A DNA stretch of 64,000 nucleotides from a virus (IMGVR_UViG_3300042402_004628:6831-70830), one strand, 5' to 3'; shown: positions 25,885-34,288, counted from the stretch's first letter. Translations and numbers: made by a program. The notes: generated from the sequence alone by a model not told the origin.

Positions 25885-26001
25885 TTATAGTTTAGTTAAT
25901 ATACGAAAGATAAGGGCAATAAAATGTAGTGTTATTACCAACACTCCAAATATCACAACAAAGTAATAAAAGTAATCGTGTGCTGTCCTTTTCAATTTCA
26001 T
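25885..26001 (-). CDS. candidate 38-aa membrane mini-protein
   Basis: First ATG after promoter 25996-26027; hydrophobic FYYFVVIFGVLVITL. Confidence 0.3.
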   Translation of the reverse strand: MKLKRTAHDYFYYFVVIFGVLVITLHFIALIFRILTKL

Positions 26002-26027
26002 AATACAAAGATAAGTGAATTAAATTT
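25996..26027 (-). promoter_or_regulatory. cassette promoter for starts 26001 and 25880
   Basis: Consensus copy. Confidence 0.6.
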
Positions 26028-26038
26028 AATGTGCAAAT

Positions 26039-26287
26039 TTACAAGTGAGTAACATGCCCACAATTTAAGCATTCAATATAAGGTTTTCCACCTTGTGCAA
26101 CAATAACACTTTCTTTGGGAAACAACCACCATTCATTCTCGCCACATTGTTCACATTCTGCATTCTCACTCCCCATTCTCTCGGTCATTGTCATTTGTCC
26201 CTTTCCTTTCAAATGTGGGTACACCAGGTCAAGTACATTTCCATTCACTTCTTGAAGGACTGCTTGATAAAATTTCGGTTTGCTCAT
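26039..26287 (-). CDS. Zn-ribbon protein
   Basis: CEQCGE ... CLNCGH. Confidence 0.55.
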   Translation of the reverse strand: MSKPKFYQAVLQEVNGNVLDLVYPHLKGKGQMTMTERMGSENAECEQCGENEWWLFPKESVIVAQGGKPYIECLNCGHVTHL

Positions 26288-26309
26288 ACTCGTTTTGTTT
26301 TTGATAGTT

Positions 26310-26341
26310 CAAAGATAAGTGAATTAAATTTAATATGCAAA
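26310..26341 (-). promoter_or_regulatory. cassette promoter for start 26287
   Basis: Consensus copy. Confidence 0.65.
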
Positions 26342-26342
26342 T

Positions 26343-26366
26343 AAAAAGGGGACTTTCGCCCCCTTT
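26343..26366 (-). terminator. cassette terminator
   Basis: GGGGACTTTCGCCCCC. Confidence 0.6.
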
Positions 26367-26387
26367 TTTTACCCACAGTTTTATGGT

Positions 26388-27044
26388 TTAATCATCACTA
26401 TCACTATACTCGTAAACCTCACAATCAACATACAACTTCACATACAACTTGCCCTCTTGTTCAACAACCTCTAAACCATTCTCGCCCTCATCTTCTGCCG
26501 TATTGTAGTTTACGCTATCATCAGTAATTTCGCCCTTGTGTTCGGGTGTCCAATCGTTTGCACAATCTTGGAAACTTTCGTGCAACTGCTCAATCATTTG
26601 TTCGTTTTCTTCGGTAAGAATGAAATCCTTTTTGTAGTCAGTATTCTTTCCGTTCCAATTAGTGTGCGACATACCACCAATGTATTCAGTTAGAAAGTCG
26701 GCTTGTTCCTTTGTAACCTCACAAAGTACATTACCACTATACCTTTCGCACCACTCCGATTGAGCCGATTTTGAGTAAGTGAAATCATCTTCTTCATCAC
26801 TCAATTCAATACGGACAATACCACTTTCGCCCATATAGTGTCCGTCAGACGCTTCATAAAACTGAACTTGGTTGTAAACCTCATTGTCAAAGTAGTCAGT
26901 TAAACCACTTTCATCATTCACAATCTCGCCCTTTTTATCGTGGAACAAAAGGTTTGTGTCATTCATACTATCGCCACCACAACTGAAATGAAATTCAGCG
27001 AAAGCGATTTTTTGGGCTTTCCATTTTTCAATAATTTCTTGCAT
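26388..27044 (-). CDS. acidic hypothetical protein
   Basis: MQEIIEKWKAQKIAFAEFHFSCGGDS...; D/E-rich C-terminus. Confidence 0.55.
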   Translation of the reverse strand: MQEIIEKWKAQKIAFAEFHFSCGGDSMNDTNLLFHDKKGEIVNDESGLTDYFDNEVYNQVQFYEASDGHYMGESGIVRIELSDEEDDFTYSKSAQSEWCERYSGNVLCEVTKEQADFLTEYIGGMSHTNWNGKNTDYKKDFILTEENEQMIEQLHESFQDCANDWTPEHKGEITDDSVNYNTAEDEGENGLEVVEQEGKLYVKLYVDCEVYEYSDSDD

Positions 27045-27067
27045 ATCGTTTTTGTTTTTGATTGGTA

Positions 27068-27099
27068 CAAAGATAAATGAAATAAATTTAACTTGCAAG
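27068..27099 (-). promoter_or_regulatory. cassette promoter for start 27044
   Basis: Consensus copy. Confidence 0.65.
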
Positions 27100-27504
27100 T
27101 TCTTCGTTCTCTTTTCTTAATTTATCCAAGAAAACATTTGCAGTTTCAATACTTTCGGGGTTGTCCACCAACTTAACCCCATTGTGTATCCAATCGGGCA
27201 AATCAAAGTGTTTAAGATAGTCCTGTGCAGTCGGCACAAACTTCATACGGAAATCTTCCAAGATATGCAACATAGCAATATCAATCGTGTCTACACTTCT
27301 ACCACTTGAATTGGTTATATTGTAACCAAACACCTTTGGAATGATTGTGTAAGCAAACCAAGTATTGTGTGTTAATACCCTTGCTGAATTGTTGTTCATA
27401 GTCGCTTTCGGACTATCAATAAGTTCGTGGATAGCCAAGTAATCTTCCACTTTACCACCCCAACGCTTAACGCTGGACTTTGAATGAATTAACGGATTAG
27501 CCAT
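27088..27504 (-). CDS. hypothetical protein
   Basis: Cassette promoter 27527-27558; its stop overlaps the next promoter. Confidence 0.5.
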   Translation of the reverse strand: MANPLIHSKSSVKRWGGKVEDYLAIHELIDSPKATMNNNSARVLTHNTWFAYTIIPKVFGYNITNSSGRSVDTIDIAMLHILEDFRMKFVPTAQDYLKHFDLPDWIHNGVKLVDNPESIETANVFLDKLRKENEELAS

Positions 27505-27526
27505 ATTGTTTTGTTTTTTGATATTG

Positions 27527-27558
27527 CAAATGTAAGTGTAATAAATTTAACTCGCAAA
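27527..27558 (-). promoter_or_regulatory. cassette promoter for start 27504
   Basis: -7 TACATTTG. Confidence 0.6.
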
Positions 27559-27627
27559 TTTTAACACAAAAAAAGGGGGAAATTTCTTTCCACCCTCTTT
27601 TCTTTATCAAATAAACAAACAAAATCC

Positions 27628-27897
27628 TCAATCCCAAATTCGTGTAACTTGTTGGCTGAATGGGTTGTACTCAACTTGTTTACCCATTTTCCAATCCCCT
27701 TTGTCCACTAACAAGGTTTTGTGTTCGTTACTCCACGCACCATTCGGTTTTTCGTGTTTCAGTTCACTATCCTCTTTGACAAGGACTTCGGGGAAATCGG
27801 TTTTCTCTTGCAAGTCCATAGCGAAATTGCCATAGAGTGTGTGTTGGTTTGTTCCCTCGCCCACCAACAAAGTGTGCTTTGTTAAACTCTTTTTCAT
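27628..27897 (-). CDS. hypothetical small protein
   Basis: MKKSLTKHTLLVGEG... Confidence 0.5.
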   Translation of the reverse strand: MKKSLTKHTLLVGEGTNQHTLYGNFAMDLQEKTDFPEVLVKEDSELKHEKPNGAWSNEHKTLLVDKGDWKMGKQVEYNPFSQQVTRIWD

Positions 27898-27921
27898 ATC
27901 ATTTATGTTTTTGATTGGTAC

Positions 27922-27952
27922 AAAGATAAGTATAATTTTTTTAATGTGCAAG
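27922..27952 (-). promoter_or_regulatory. cassette promoter for start 27897
   Basis: Consensus copy. Confidence 0.6.
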
Positions 27953-27959
27953 TATTTTT

Positions 27960-28637
27960 TTAACTTTCTGCAACAAGTAATGTTTTGTACTCTTTCTCGG
28001 TCAAGTGTCTTGCACTACCCAAAGATTGGTATTTACCCTTTGGTTTAATCATAATACAATCCCCTTGTCGGATAATCTTCTCAATCTTACCCATTGGAAT
28101 ATCGGTTTGGATAGTCCACGCAATACATTGTATAGCGTTTACTTTCTTTTTGTCAAACTTCCACATATCCCCCAAATCGTTTGTGCGATATACGGACTGC
28201 AAATCAACCCAAATAAGATATTCTCTATCGGTGCTTGTATCTTTGCAACGGACATAATGACAACTTTCCATACCCCTACCATTCAACCCCTCGTTAAAAT
28301 AACTACCCTCAACCTCGTACAATTCATAAGTATCGTTAAACTTGTGTTCAACCAATTTACCATTGGTATCAACCCAAGTGGTTGATTTTTTGAGTGTTTT
28401 TTTGGATAACAATTTTGGGTTTACATCAGCGACAATTTTGTCCAAACCCAAATGTAAAACACCAATTCGCCTTTGTTCAAGGTTGTTTAATCGTGCAATC
28501 TCATTGAAAGACAAGGGAACAATATCGTTCCAAAAATCTTCAAGTTGTTCCATTGGACAATCCTCTTTGTGTTTCAGTTTTAGAACACGACACCCCAAGT
28601 CAAAGGGGAACTCTACATTGTTGATTACTAATTTCAT
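27960..28637 (-). CDS. hypothetical protein (225 aa)
   Basis: MKLVINNVEF... after promoter 28659-28690. Confidence 0.55.
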   Translation of the reverse strand: MKLVINNVEFPFDLGCRVLKLKHKEDCPMEQLEDFWNDIVPLSFNEIARLNNLEQRRIGVLHLGLDKIVADVNPKLLSKKTLKKSTTWVDTNGKLVEHKFNDTYELYEVEGSYFNEGLNGRGMESCHYVRCKDTSTDREYLIWVDLQSVYRTNDLGDMWKFDKKKVNAIQCIAWTIQTDIPMGKIEKIIRQGDCIMIKPKGKYQSLGSARHLTEKEYKTLLVAES

Positions 28638-28658
28638 ATTGTTTCGTTTTTGATAGTG

Positions 28659-28690
28659 CAAATGTAAGTGTAATAAATTTAACTTGCAAG
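28659..28690 (-). promoter_or_regulatory. cassette promoter for start 28637
   Basis: Consensus copy. Confidence 0.6.
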
Positions 28691-28785
28691 TATTCACAAA
28701 AAATAATTTGAAATACTTTTCTTTTCTCTGGCAATCAAGTTAAAAAGAAAAAGGGGACTTTCGCCCCCTTATCTTGTTCATACTT

Positions 28786-29613
28786 TTAGTTATTCCAACA
28801 AGCGTTGAAAAATTCAAGGTAATCTTCTTTGCGACCATAGGTTTTTCCGTTAAAGTCGCGTTTCTTCATACCCCTTTTAATACATTCAATAAACTTGTTT
28901 TGGCTCTTGTAGTATTTCTCAACTCCCAAGTTACCCATAAAGTTAATCAACCCCGTTGTCGCATATTGACTGCGAACAAACCCCGTTGCATTGTAGAAGA
29001 AATCAATCGCATTGATACGCTTAATTGCTTCTTGCATATCAACAACTTTGAAACTCCCGTTTATGATTTGCTTCTTTGCCAAAGCGGTGGTTGAATTTGT
29101 GAGCAAAGCGGCAATCGTTGTGTGGGTGAGAGAGAAATCCTCCGTTAATTGACTAATAACTTTTACATCTTTGTTGAAATCCGACCAACCACAAATAAAG
29201 TCGGATATACCCCAATTACGAGAACTGCTATTTAATTTCGTTACAACAATCAACGCTTCCTTTTCGTCTTTCACCTCAATAAGTTTGCAACGAATAGGTA
29301 ATTCAACACCCTTTAAGGCGGTGGTTAAATGTTGTCCATCAGCCACATTGTAAGACATACCGATTTTAACAACAACCACATCACGAAGAACTGCACCTAA
29401 TTGTGTAACGCTTGAAGCCATTTTTTGGACATGAGAAGGTGATACTTTTCGGTTAAACTTTAATAGTTTTAACAACTCATAATTAGTTGTTTCAACAATC
29501 GCAGGGTAACAAATTACATTACCATTCACATCATACTCAATCGTTTCTTTGAGTAAGGTTTTGAACGCAAAATTCCTTGAATTTTTACGCCCGATTTTCT
29601 CTGTTTTTTTCAT
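28786..29613 (-). CDS. DUF262 / ParB-like nuclease-domain protein
   Basis: 'VADGQHLTTAL' resembles the DUF262 DGQQR-T signature of GmrSD/ParB-like N-terminal domains. Confidence 0.5.
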   Translation of the reverse strand: MKKTEKIGRKNSRNFAFKTLLKETIEYDVNGNVICYPAIVETTNYELLKLLKFNRKVSPSHVQKMASSVTQLGAVLRDVVVVKIGMSYNVADGQHLTTALKGVELPIRCKLIEVKDEKEALIVVTKLNSSSRNWGISDFICGWSDFNKDVKVISQLTEDFSLTHTTIAALLTNSTTALAKKQIINGSFKVVDMQEAIKRINAIDFFYNATGFVRSQYATTGLINFMGNLGVEKYYKSQNKFIECIKRGMKKRDFNGKTYGRKEDYLEFFNACWNN

Positions 29614-29642
29614 AAAGAATTATTTTTTGTTTTTGATTGGTG

Positions 29643-29674
29643 CAAATATGAGTGTAATTTTTTTAACTCGCAAA
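29643..29674 (-). promoter_or_regulatory. cassette promoter for start 29613
   Basis: -7 CATATTTG variant. Confidence 0.55.
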
Positions 29675-29785
29675 TTTTATCACAAAAAAATTTAAAAAAC
29701 TTTTCAAACCTGGTGGATCCATAAAAAGAAAGGGGCAATGTTTCCACCGCCCCCTATTGTTGTAATCAAAAAACGCAACAATATA

Positions 29786-30391
29786 TTATTCTGTAAGGTC
29801 AAAAATGAACTCTGTATATCCTTTCGGTATTCTATTTCCAACCGAAATTGAATGACGAGCCCAAACTCCAACCTGCCCTCTTTCATCCCCTCTAAAATCT
29901 CCACCGCCTCGCCCGTTGCCCTCGCAAGTTAGCAAAGGTAAAGGGTGAATTGTGAACGGCCACTTTTTCCCGTTCTTATCTTCCCAATAATCGCTAACGG
30001 GTACTTTTGTTTTATCAACATACTGCTTTTTGGTATGGTTGATAATGTACTGATACCTTGAACGATTAACACGGGTAGGTGCGAGCTCGTTATCATCATC
30101 GCAAAGGTCGTAAAGATTAACCTCTCTAACTTTCCCCTCTTCGTCTTGGTGAGTTAAACCTTTTTCCCCGTCTGCATAATCACCAGCCCAAACTACACGG
30201 GCTTTGTTAAACTTTCCTCTCGGTGATAACAACTTTTCAAAAGTGTTCACAAAATCGTTACGCATCCACGAGTGCTCCATAAGTTTGAGCCCGTTGTTGT
30301 ACTTGTGTGAATACATCCACCCTAAGACCGTTTCTTTTTCATCATCGCCCGTCTTTTCAGCGAGAATACAAGGTTTGTAATACTGTCCCAT
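29786..30391 (-). CDS. hypothetical protein (201 aa)
   Basis: Promoter 30412-30443; terminator 29735-29760. Confidence 0.55.
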   Translation of the reverse strand: MGQYYKPCILAEKTGDDEKETVLGWMYSHKYNNGLKLMEHSWMRNDFVNTFEKLLSPRGKFNKARVVWAGDYADGEKGLTHQDEEGKVREVNLYDLCDDDNELAPTRVNRSRYQYIINHTKKQYVDKTKVPVSDYWEDKNGKKWPFTIHPLPLLTCEGNGRGGGDFRGDERGQVGVWARHSISVGNRIPKGYTEFIFDLTE

Positions 30392-30411
30392 ATCTGTTTT
30401 GATTTATGAAT

Positions 30412-30443
30412 ACAAAGGTAAGTGTAATTTTTTTAATGTGCAA
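30412..30443 (-). promoter_or_regulatory. cassette promoter for start 30391
   Basis: -7 TACCTTTG. Confidence 0.6.
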
Positions 30444-30447
30444 ATTT

Positions 30448-30609
30448 TAATTCAATAATTTTATCCAACCTTGTGAGTGTGCTTCATTTATAAGATACTC
30501 ATCACTAACACTATTATAGTTCTCATCACCTTGGGAACGCAAAAACTCTACCATTGCTTCATCACCTTTATAGGTAATCCCTGTGTTATTGTCTATCCAA
30601 ATGTTCATC
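30448..30609 (-). CDS. candidate 53-aa protein
   Basis: ATG immediately after the stop of the 30608-30841 gene. Confidence 0.3.
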
Positions 30610-30841
30610 ATTGCCACCCTTGTTTTATTATTACATTTTTTTTACCCTGTTTAATCCAGTGTTCAAACCATTCGCCCCATTCACCTCTCCTGTGTCGGTA
30701 AACGCAAATGTATTCATCAAAACTATCGTTCATAAATGCATTCATACGCTTCTTAACTTCTGCGTATGTATTCACCCTCAAAGAAACATCTTTTCCTTGT
30801 TGGTTTCTATAACTCACCGAAGGTTTAAATGCTTTTGCCAT
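30608..30841 (-). CDS. hypothetical small basic protein
   Basis: ORF track. Confidence 0.45.
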   Translation of the reverse strand: MAKAFKPSVSYRNQQGKDVSLRVNTYAEVKKRMNAFMNDSFDEYICVYRHRRGEWGEWFEHWIKQGKKNVIIKQGWQ

Positions 30842-30842
30842 A

Positions 30843-31193
30843 TTACTTCCACAAATTTTCGTAAGACATCAATGAAGCGGTAATCCTTTCAATAAACAAA
30901 TCACCCCACTCAACATCACTCATCGTTCCGATACCCTTTTGGTTTTTGTAATCTTTCAAATCATTGTTCATTTCAAACAAAATAGTTTTACAAGCAATTA
31001 ACCTTTCGGGTATTTCAAAATCGGTGCTTTCGTTACTCTCTCTGCGATAATACTCCGCAATGTTGATAACCTCATCAACCAATTGTTCATCGGACATCTT
31101 CGCATACTTAACCATATCTTGCGGTGTTTCGATTTCATCCCCCGCCATATCCACAATGGCGTCTATTAGTTTTTCTCTCATTGTTTGTTTCAT
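30843..31193 (-). CDS. hypothetical acidic protein
   Basis: Leaderless after promoter 31198-31229. Confidence 0.5.
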   Translation of the reverse strand: MKQTMREKLIDAIVDMAGDEIETPQDMVKYAKMSDEQLVDEVINIAEYYRRESNESTDFEIPERLIACKTILFEMNNDLKDYKNQKGIGTMSDVEWGDLFIERITASLMSYENLWK

Positions 31194-31197
31194 AGTA

Positions 31198-31229
31198 CAA
31201 AGATAAGTGTAATAAATTTAATGTGCAAA
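31198..31229 (-). promoter_or_regulatory. cassette promoter (leaderless) for start 31193
   Basis: Consensus copy. Confidence 0.6.
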
Positions 31230-31286
31230 TTTTTTTACAAAAAAAAGGGATAATTTCTTATCCCCTTTGTATTCAATCGTTACGGA

Positions 31287-31802
31287 TTAATAAGCGTATT
31301 CAACTTCCCAACCCGCATTTGTTTTCTTCTTCTGCAAGAAAGGTTTAAGGTCTTTAATGAACTTCTTTTCCGCCTCGCTATCAAAGAATGAACCCAAAGC
31401 ACTCTTAACCACTTCAAGTATCGGTGTGTTGGTTGTTGTATCAGCGAATGTGCAATACAAATCAGCACTCCAATCTTTTGGTATTGAGCCGTGTTCTTGG
31501 TGTGATACCTTTGCTTTCTTCAAACCTCTCTCAATACGAACAATCGGTGTTTCGTAAATGTCGGTCATATCATCGTACCAATCAATTTCGCTGAATGATA
31601 CTGACATTGACAACAACTTTTTGGTCTTGATTGACTTCCAAAAGTTTTCAACTTCCTCAGCAATTCGTTTCTCGTTCACATACAACTGCGACTTGCGTGA
31701 TGAACCCGAATAGTCCGAACTGATACATAAACGGATTTTGTTTTCATTCAATCGGTTCACGCTAACCGAAAGCGACTCCTTGGTGAAAAGATTTTTTATC
31801 AT
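31287..31802 (-). CDS. hypothetical protein
   Basis: MIKNLFTKESLSVSVNRL... Confidence 0.55.
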   Translation of the reverse strand: MIKNLFTKESLSVSVNRLNENKIRLCISSDYSGSSRKSQLYVNEKRIAEEVENFWKSIKTKKLLSMSVSFSEIDWYDDMTDIYETPIVRIERGLKKAKVSHQEHGSIPKDWSADLYCTFADTTTNTPILEVVKSALGSFFDSEAEKKFIKDLKPFLQKKKTNAGWEVEYAY

Positions 31803-31825
31803 ATCTTGTTTTGTTTTTGTTGATG

Positions 31826-31857
31826 CAAAGATAAGTACAATAAATTTAATGTGCAAA
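31826..31857 (-). promoter_or_regulatory. cassette promoter for start 31802
   Basis: Consensus copy. Confidence 0.65.
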
Positions 31858-31866
31858 TTTTAAGAT

Positions 31867-31893
31867 AAAAAAAAGGGGAATTTCTTCCCCTTT
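31867..31893 (-). terminator. cassette terminator
   Basis: GGGGAATTTCTTCCCC. Confidence 0.65.
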
Positions 31894-31908
31894 CTTTTCA
31901 ATGTTTTA

Positions 31909-32241
31909 TTACTCAACCACTTCTTCTTCTTTTGTTTCAATGTTGCTGAACAACTCTCCGATGTCGTGTGTGATTGCATTCACATAATGTGATGCATCAA
32001 AATCGGCATCATCAATCTCAATCTCGTTTCCGTTGGTAATTCGGAATGTAGTGCGGTATCCACTGATTTCAATATCACTTGGATCCGCTTCCTCAACGAT
32101 CGCGATAACTCTTTCGCGTAACTCGTTAAGGTCTACCGAACTTTCACCCTCAACCTTGTTAATAAGATTGATGACATCTTCCTTTGTGAACAATGAACCT
32201 GCGGACTCGTTCACTAACTTAATAACTTCATTTTTTTTCAT
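31909..32241 (-). CDS. hypothetical acidic protein
   Basis: MKKNEVIKLVNESAG... Confidence 0.5.
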   Translation of the reverse strand: MKKNEVIKLVNESAGSLFTKEDVINLINKVEGESSVDLNELRERVIAIVEEADPSDIEISGYRTTFRITNGNEIEIDDADFDASHYVNAITHDIGELFSNIETKEEEVVE

Positions 32242-32267
32242 AGGTATTATATGTTTTTGATTATGAT

Positions 32268-32300
32268 ACAAATATAAGTGCAATAAATTTAATGTGCAAA
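32268..32300 (-). promoter_or_regulatory. cassette promoter for start 32241
   Basis: Consensus copy. Confidence 0.65.
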
Positions 32301-32302
32301 TT

Positions 32303-32773
32303 TTAACCCAAAAACTTTGGGTTTAATTTGAACTCCAATTTGTATGTAGGGTTATAGCGACCACCCGAACAAAAACCGCAAGAAGATGTATTGCGTGTTG
32401 CTCTATGTTTCTTATGAGTATGACCACAACCCGAACAAACTGCAATATAGCGTGATTCGGGCGTTGTAACACTCTTACCACTATAACATCTATCGCCTGA
32501 GCAACCAATTTCTTGTGCTTTGGCTTTCCATACTCTATCGTGGTGATGACCTGGTGTGAGGGCGTGTGCAATCTCGTGTAGGATTGTATTTCTAACTTCT
32601 TTTTCATCGTTCAAATGTGTTAAATACTTTGATAATGTAATTACCTTTGCTCGGTACTTGCAACAACCAAATCTGCGTCTTGCGTTGTCAAAGGTGAAAC
32701 GCCAACCTTGTTGTTTGATACCATGCTTTTGCATGAGTTCGTTTGCGAGTGTTTGTGCTTTGTATAAGTCCAT
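32303..32773 (-). CDS. SprT-like zinc metallopeptidase-domain protein with C-terminal Cys-rich Zn-binding region
   Basis: 'RRRFGCCKY...ILHEIAHAL...GHHHDRVWK' (HExxH plus downstream His) characteristic of SprT-like domains; CSGCGH..CGFC cluster. Confidence 0.7.
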   Translation of the reverse strand: MDLYKAQTLANELMQKHGIKQQGWRFTFDNARRRFGCCKYRAKVITLSKYLTHLNDEKEVRNTILHEIAHALTPGHHHDRVWKAKAQEIGCSGDRCYSGKSVTTPESRYIAVCSGCGHTHKKHRATRNTSSCGFCSGGRYNPTYKLEFKLNPKFLG

Positions 32774-32794
32774 TGCTTTGTTTTTTGATGATGC

Positions 32795-32825
32795 AAATAT
32801 AAGTGTGATAAATTTAACTTGCAAA
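32795..32825 (-). promoter_or_regulatory. cassette promoter for the SprT-like gene (last of the minus arm)
   Basis: Consensus copy; about 35 bp from the first plus-arm promoter. Confidence 0.65.
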
Positions 32826-32849
32826 TTTTACTGTAAAAAAAATTTTTTT

Positions 32850-32888
32850 GTAAAAAAGTTTGCGGGTTAAAAATATTGTATGTACATT
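32850..32888 (+). repeat. 39-bp exact direct repeat, copy 1 (promoter region of the first plus-arm gene)
   Basis: GTAAAAAAGTTTGCGGGTTAAAAATATTGTATGTACATT; second copy at 33080-33118. Confidence 0.8.
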
Positions 32889-32890
32889 TG
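32859..32890 (+). promoter_or_regulatory. first plus-arm cassette promoter
   Basis: TTTGCGGGTTAAAAATATTGTATGTACATTTG. Confidence 0.6.
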
Positions 32891-32908
32891 TATTACAAAA
32901 CAATTAAA

Positions 32909-33100
32909 ATGGATTTAAATCAAAAATCATCAGCAGACCACATTATCGAACATCTATTAGCTATTGATGTGGATGGGGAAACAATGGAATATATCATCAA
33001 TGGGGTTTGTATGGATGAACAGGTATTCAGACAATTATTTCTTAAAGCATCGCTCTCGCAAATTAATCAGTTGATGGATGTAAAAAAGTTTGCGGGTTAA
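32909..33100 (+). CDS. hypothetical small protein (first gene of the plus arm)
   Basis: ATG after promoter 32859-32890. Confidence 0.45.
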   Translation: MDLNQKSSADHIIEHLLAIDVDGETMEYIINGVCMDEQVFRQLFLKASLSQINQLMDVKKFAG

Positions 33101-33118
33101 AAATATTGTATGTACATT
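33080..33118 (+). repeat. 39-bp exact direct repeat, copy 2
   Basis: Identical to 32850-32888. Confidence 0.8.
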
Positions 33119-33120
33119 CG
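33089..33120 (+). promoter_or_regulatory. duplicated copy of the first plus-arm promoter (degenerate -7 TACATTCG)
   Basis: 39-bp exact repeat of 32850-32888. Confidence 0.5.
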
Positions 33121-33124
33121 CAAC

Positions 33125-33424
33125 ATGAAAACAAAAGACATAAACACGAGTATCGGTCTGTCAATCTATAAAGGTGATTGGGACGGGGCTGAATGGACGA
33201 TAACGGGCTTTCCCAAAGCCGAGGTCATCGGACATAAATATGAAAGTGCATACGATTTCGAAGAAGCCGTTAAACGCAATGTGAATTGTAGCGGTATTAA
33301 GTTTGATAGTGAGATGTGCCAGTTCTTTGCATACGCCAAAACCAAAGCAAGGTTGGTTAGTTTCGCGAAGCAAATTGAGAAGCACTACGCTAAAGCGAAT
33401 GAGTTGAAAGAAAAAATGTTTTAA
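33125..33424 (+). CDS. hypothetical protein
   Basis: After the duplicated promoter copy 33089-33120. Confidence 0.5.
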   Translation: MKTKDINTSIGLSIYKGDWDGAEWTITGFPKAEVIGHKYESAYDFEEAVKRNVNCSGIKFDSEMCQFFAYAKTKARLVSFAKQIEKHYAKANELKEKMF

Positions 33425-33426
33425 TA

Positions 33427-33458
33427 CTTGCACATTAAATTTATTTCATTTACATTTG
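33427..33458 (+). promoter_or_regulatory. cassette promoter for start 33478
   Basis: CTTGCACATTAAATTTATTTCATTTACATTTG. Confidence 0.65.
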
Positions 33459-33477
33459 CCTCCAAATCAAAAACGCA

Positions 33478-33693
33478 ATGGAAGATATTATTAAAATCAA
33501 CAAGTTGGAACTCGCAAGTGAGTTAGCCAACGAAGCCACAAAGGATGAGATGTTCTCAAAGGGTCTTATCGTGGATGAGGATGAAATGTATCGTGAGGAC
33601 AATGGTTGCTCAATCTATACAGAGGAAGCACAAGACATCTTCAACGATTACTACGATTATTTCTTAACCAAGATTGAGGAGGTTGCGATATGA
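33478..33693 (+). CDS. small acidic protein
   Basis: Cassette promoter 33427-33458. Confidence 0.5.
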   Translation: MEDIIKINKLELASELANEATKDEMFSKGLIVDEDEMYREDNGCSIYTEEAQDIFNDYYDYFLTKIEEVAI

Positions 33694-33884
33694 GTAAGGT
33701 AGCAAAACTGGTTACAATATCCCTGATGACAAGAGTCATCGTGGATGAGAATGCAAGTGAGGAAGAGATTTTGAATTCTGCCAGACCTAAATTCATTCAG
33801 AAGGTTCAGGAAGAACTGAATGAAAACATCGAGGAAATTTGGTACGACAATGAATGTCCCTACGACCCTGAATTCGACAATTAA
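33690..33884 (+). CDS. small acidic protein
   Basis: ATGA overlap with the preceding gene. Confidence 0.5.
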   Translation: MSKVAKLVTISLMTRVIVDENASEEEILNSARPKFIQKVQEELNENIEEIWYDNECPYDPEFDN

Positions 33885-33902
33885 AATCTTTTTGTATTCA
33901 AA

Positions 33903-33934
33903 TTTGCACATTAAAAAAATTATACTTATCTTTG
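33903..33934 (+). promoter_or_regulatory. cassette promoter (leaderless) for start 33939
   Basis: Consensus. Confidence 0.6.
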
Positions 33935-33938
33935 CTGT

Positions 33939-34259
33939 ATGGAAAAATCAATGAGAACAGCGGCTGTATGTTCAAACTACGCCCTGAAAATAAAAGAAGC
34001 CCTTGTTCAAATGGCTGTTGAGGATAAACTCCCAATGGATATGACCACTTTGAATACGGATGAATTCGAAAACATTCTCGAACCGCTTGTTCGCAAGGTT
34101 GTCCGTGACGAGGACGAGAATGCAATCCCTGAGAGCATTCAGGTTGGTGTTTACTACTATGAGGATGATGAAACAGGGAAGCCTGTGTTTGATACTGATA
34201 GTATGATGGATGAATTCGAAAATGAGTTGAAAAAACTTGAAGACAAGTTTGCGAGTTAA
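33939..34259 (+). CDS. small acidic protein
   Basis: Leaderless after promoter 33903-33934. Confidence 0.5.
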   Translation: MEKSMRTAAVCSNYALKIKEALVQMAVEDKLPMDMTTLNTDEFENILEPLVRKVVRDEDENAIPESIQVGVYYYEDDETGKPVFDTDSMMDEFENELKKLEDKFAS

Positions 34260-34279
34260 ATTAAATTCACTTATATTTG
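34248..34279 (+). promoter_or_regulatory. cassette promoter for start 34289
   Basis: Consensus. Confidence 0.6.
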
Positions 34280-34288
34280 CATAACACA

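Noticed and set aside
14603-32824. Recurring N-terminal 'MQVKFISFIF...' / 'MHIKFI...' / 'MNYQNKQT' peptides on many track ORFs (e.g. 14603-14866, 15110-15310, 18296-18544, 21028-21486, 26388-27098, 40317, 43259)
   Set aside because: These are translations of the promoter itself (TTG CAA GTT AAA TTT ATT TCA TTT ...). The tool used the TTG of the -33 element as a start codon. Real starts are the first ATG after the -7 element. ORFs with no ATG after the promoter (14603-14866, 15110-15310) are spurious.
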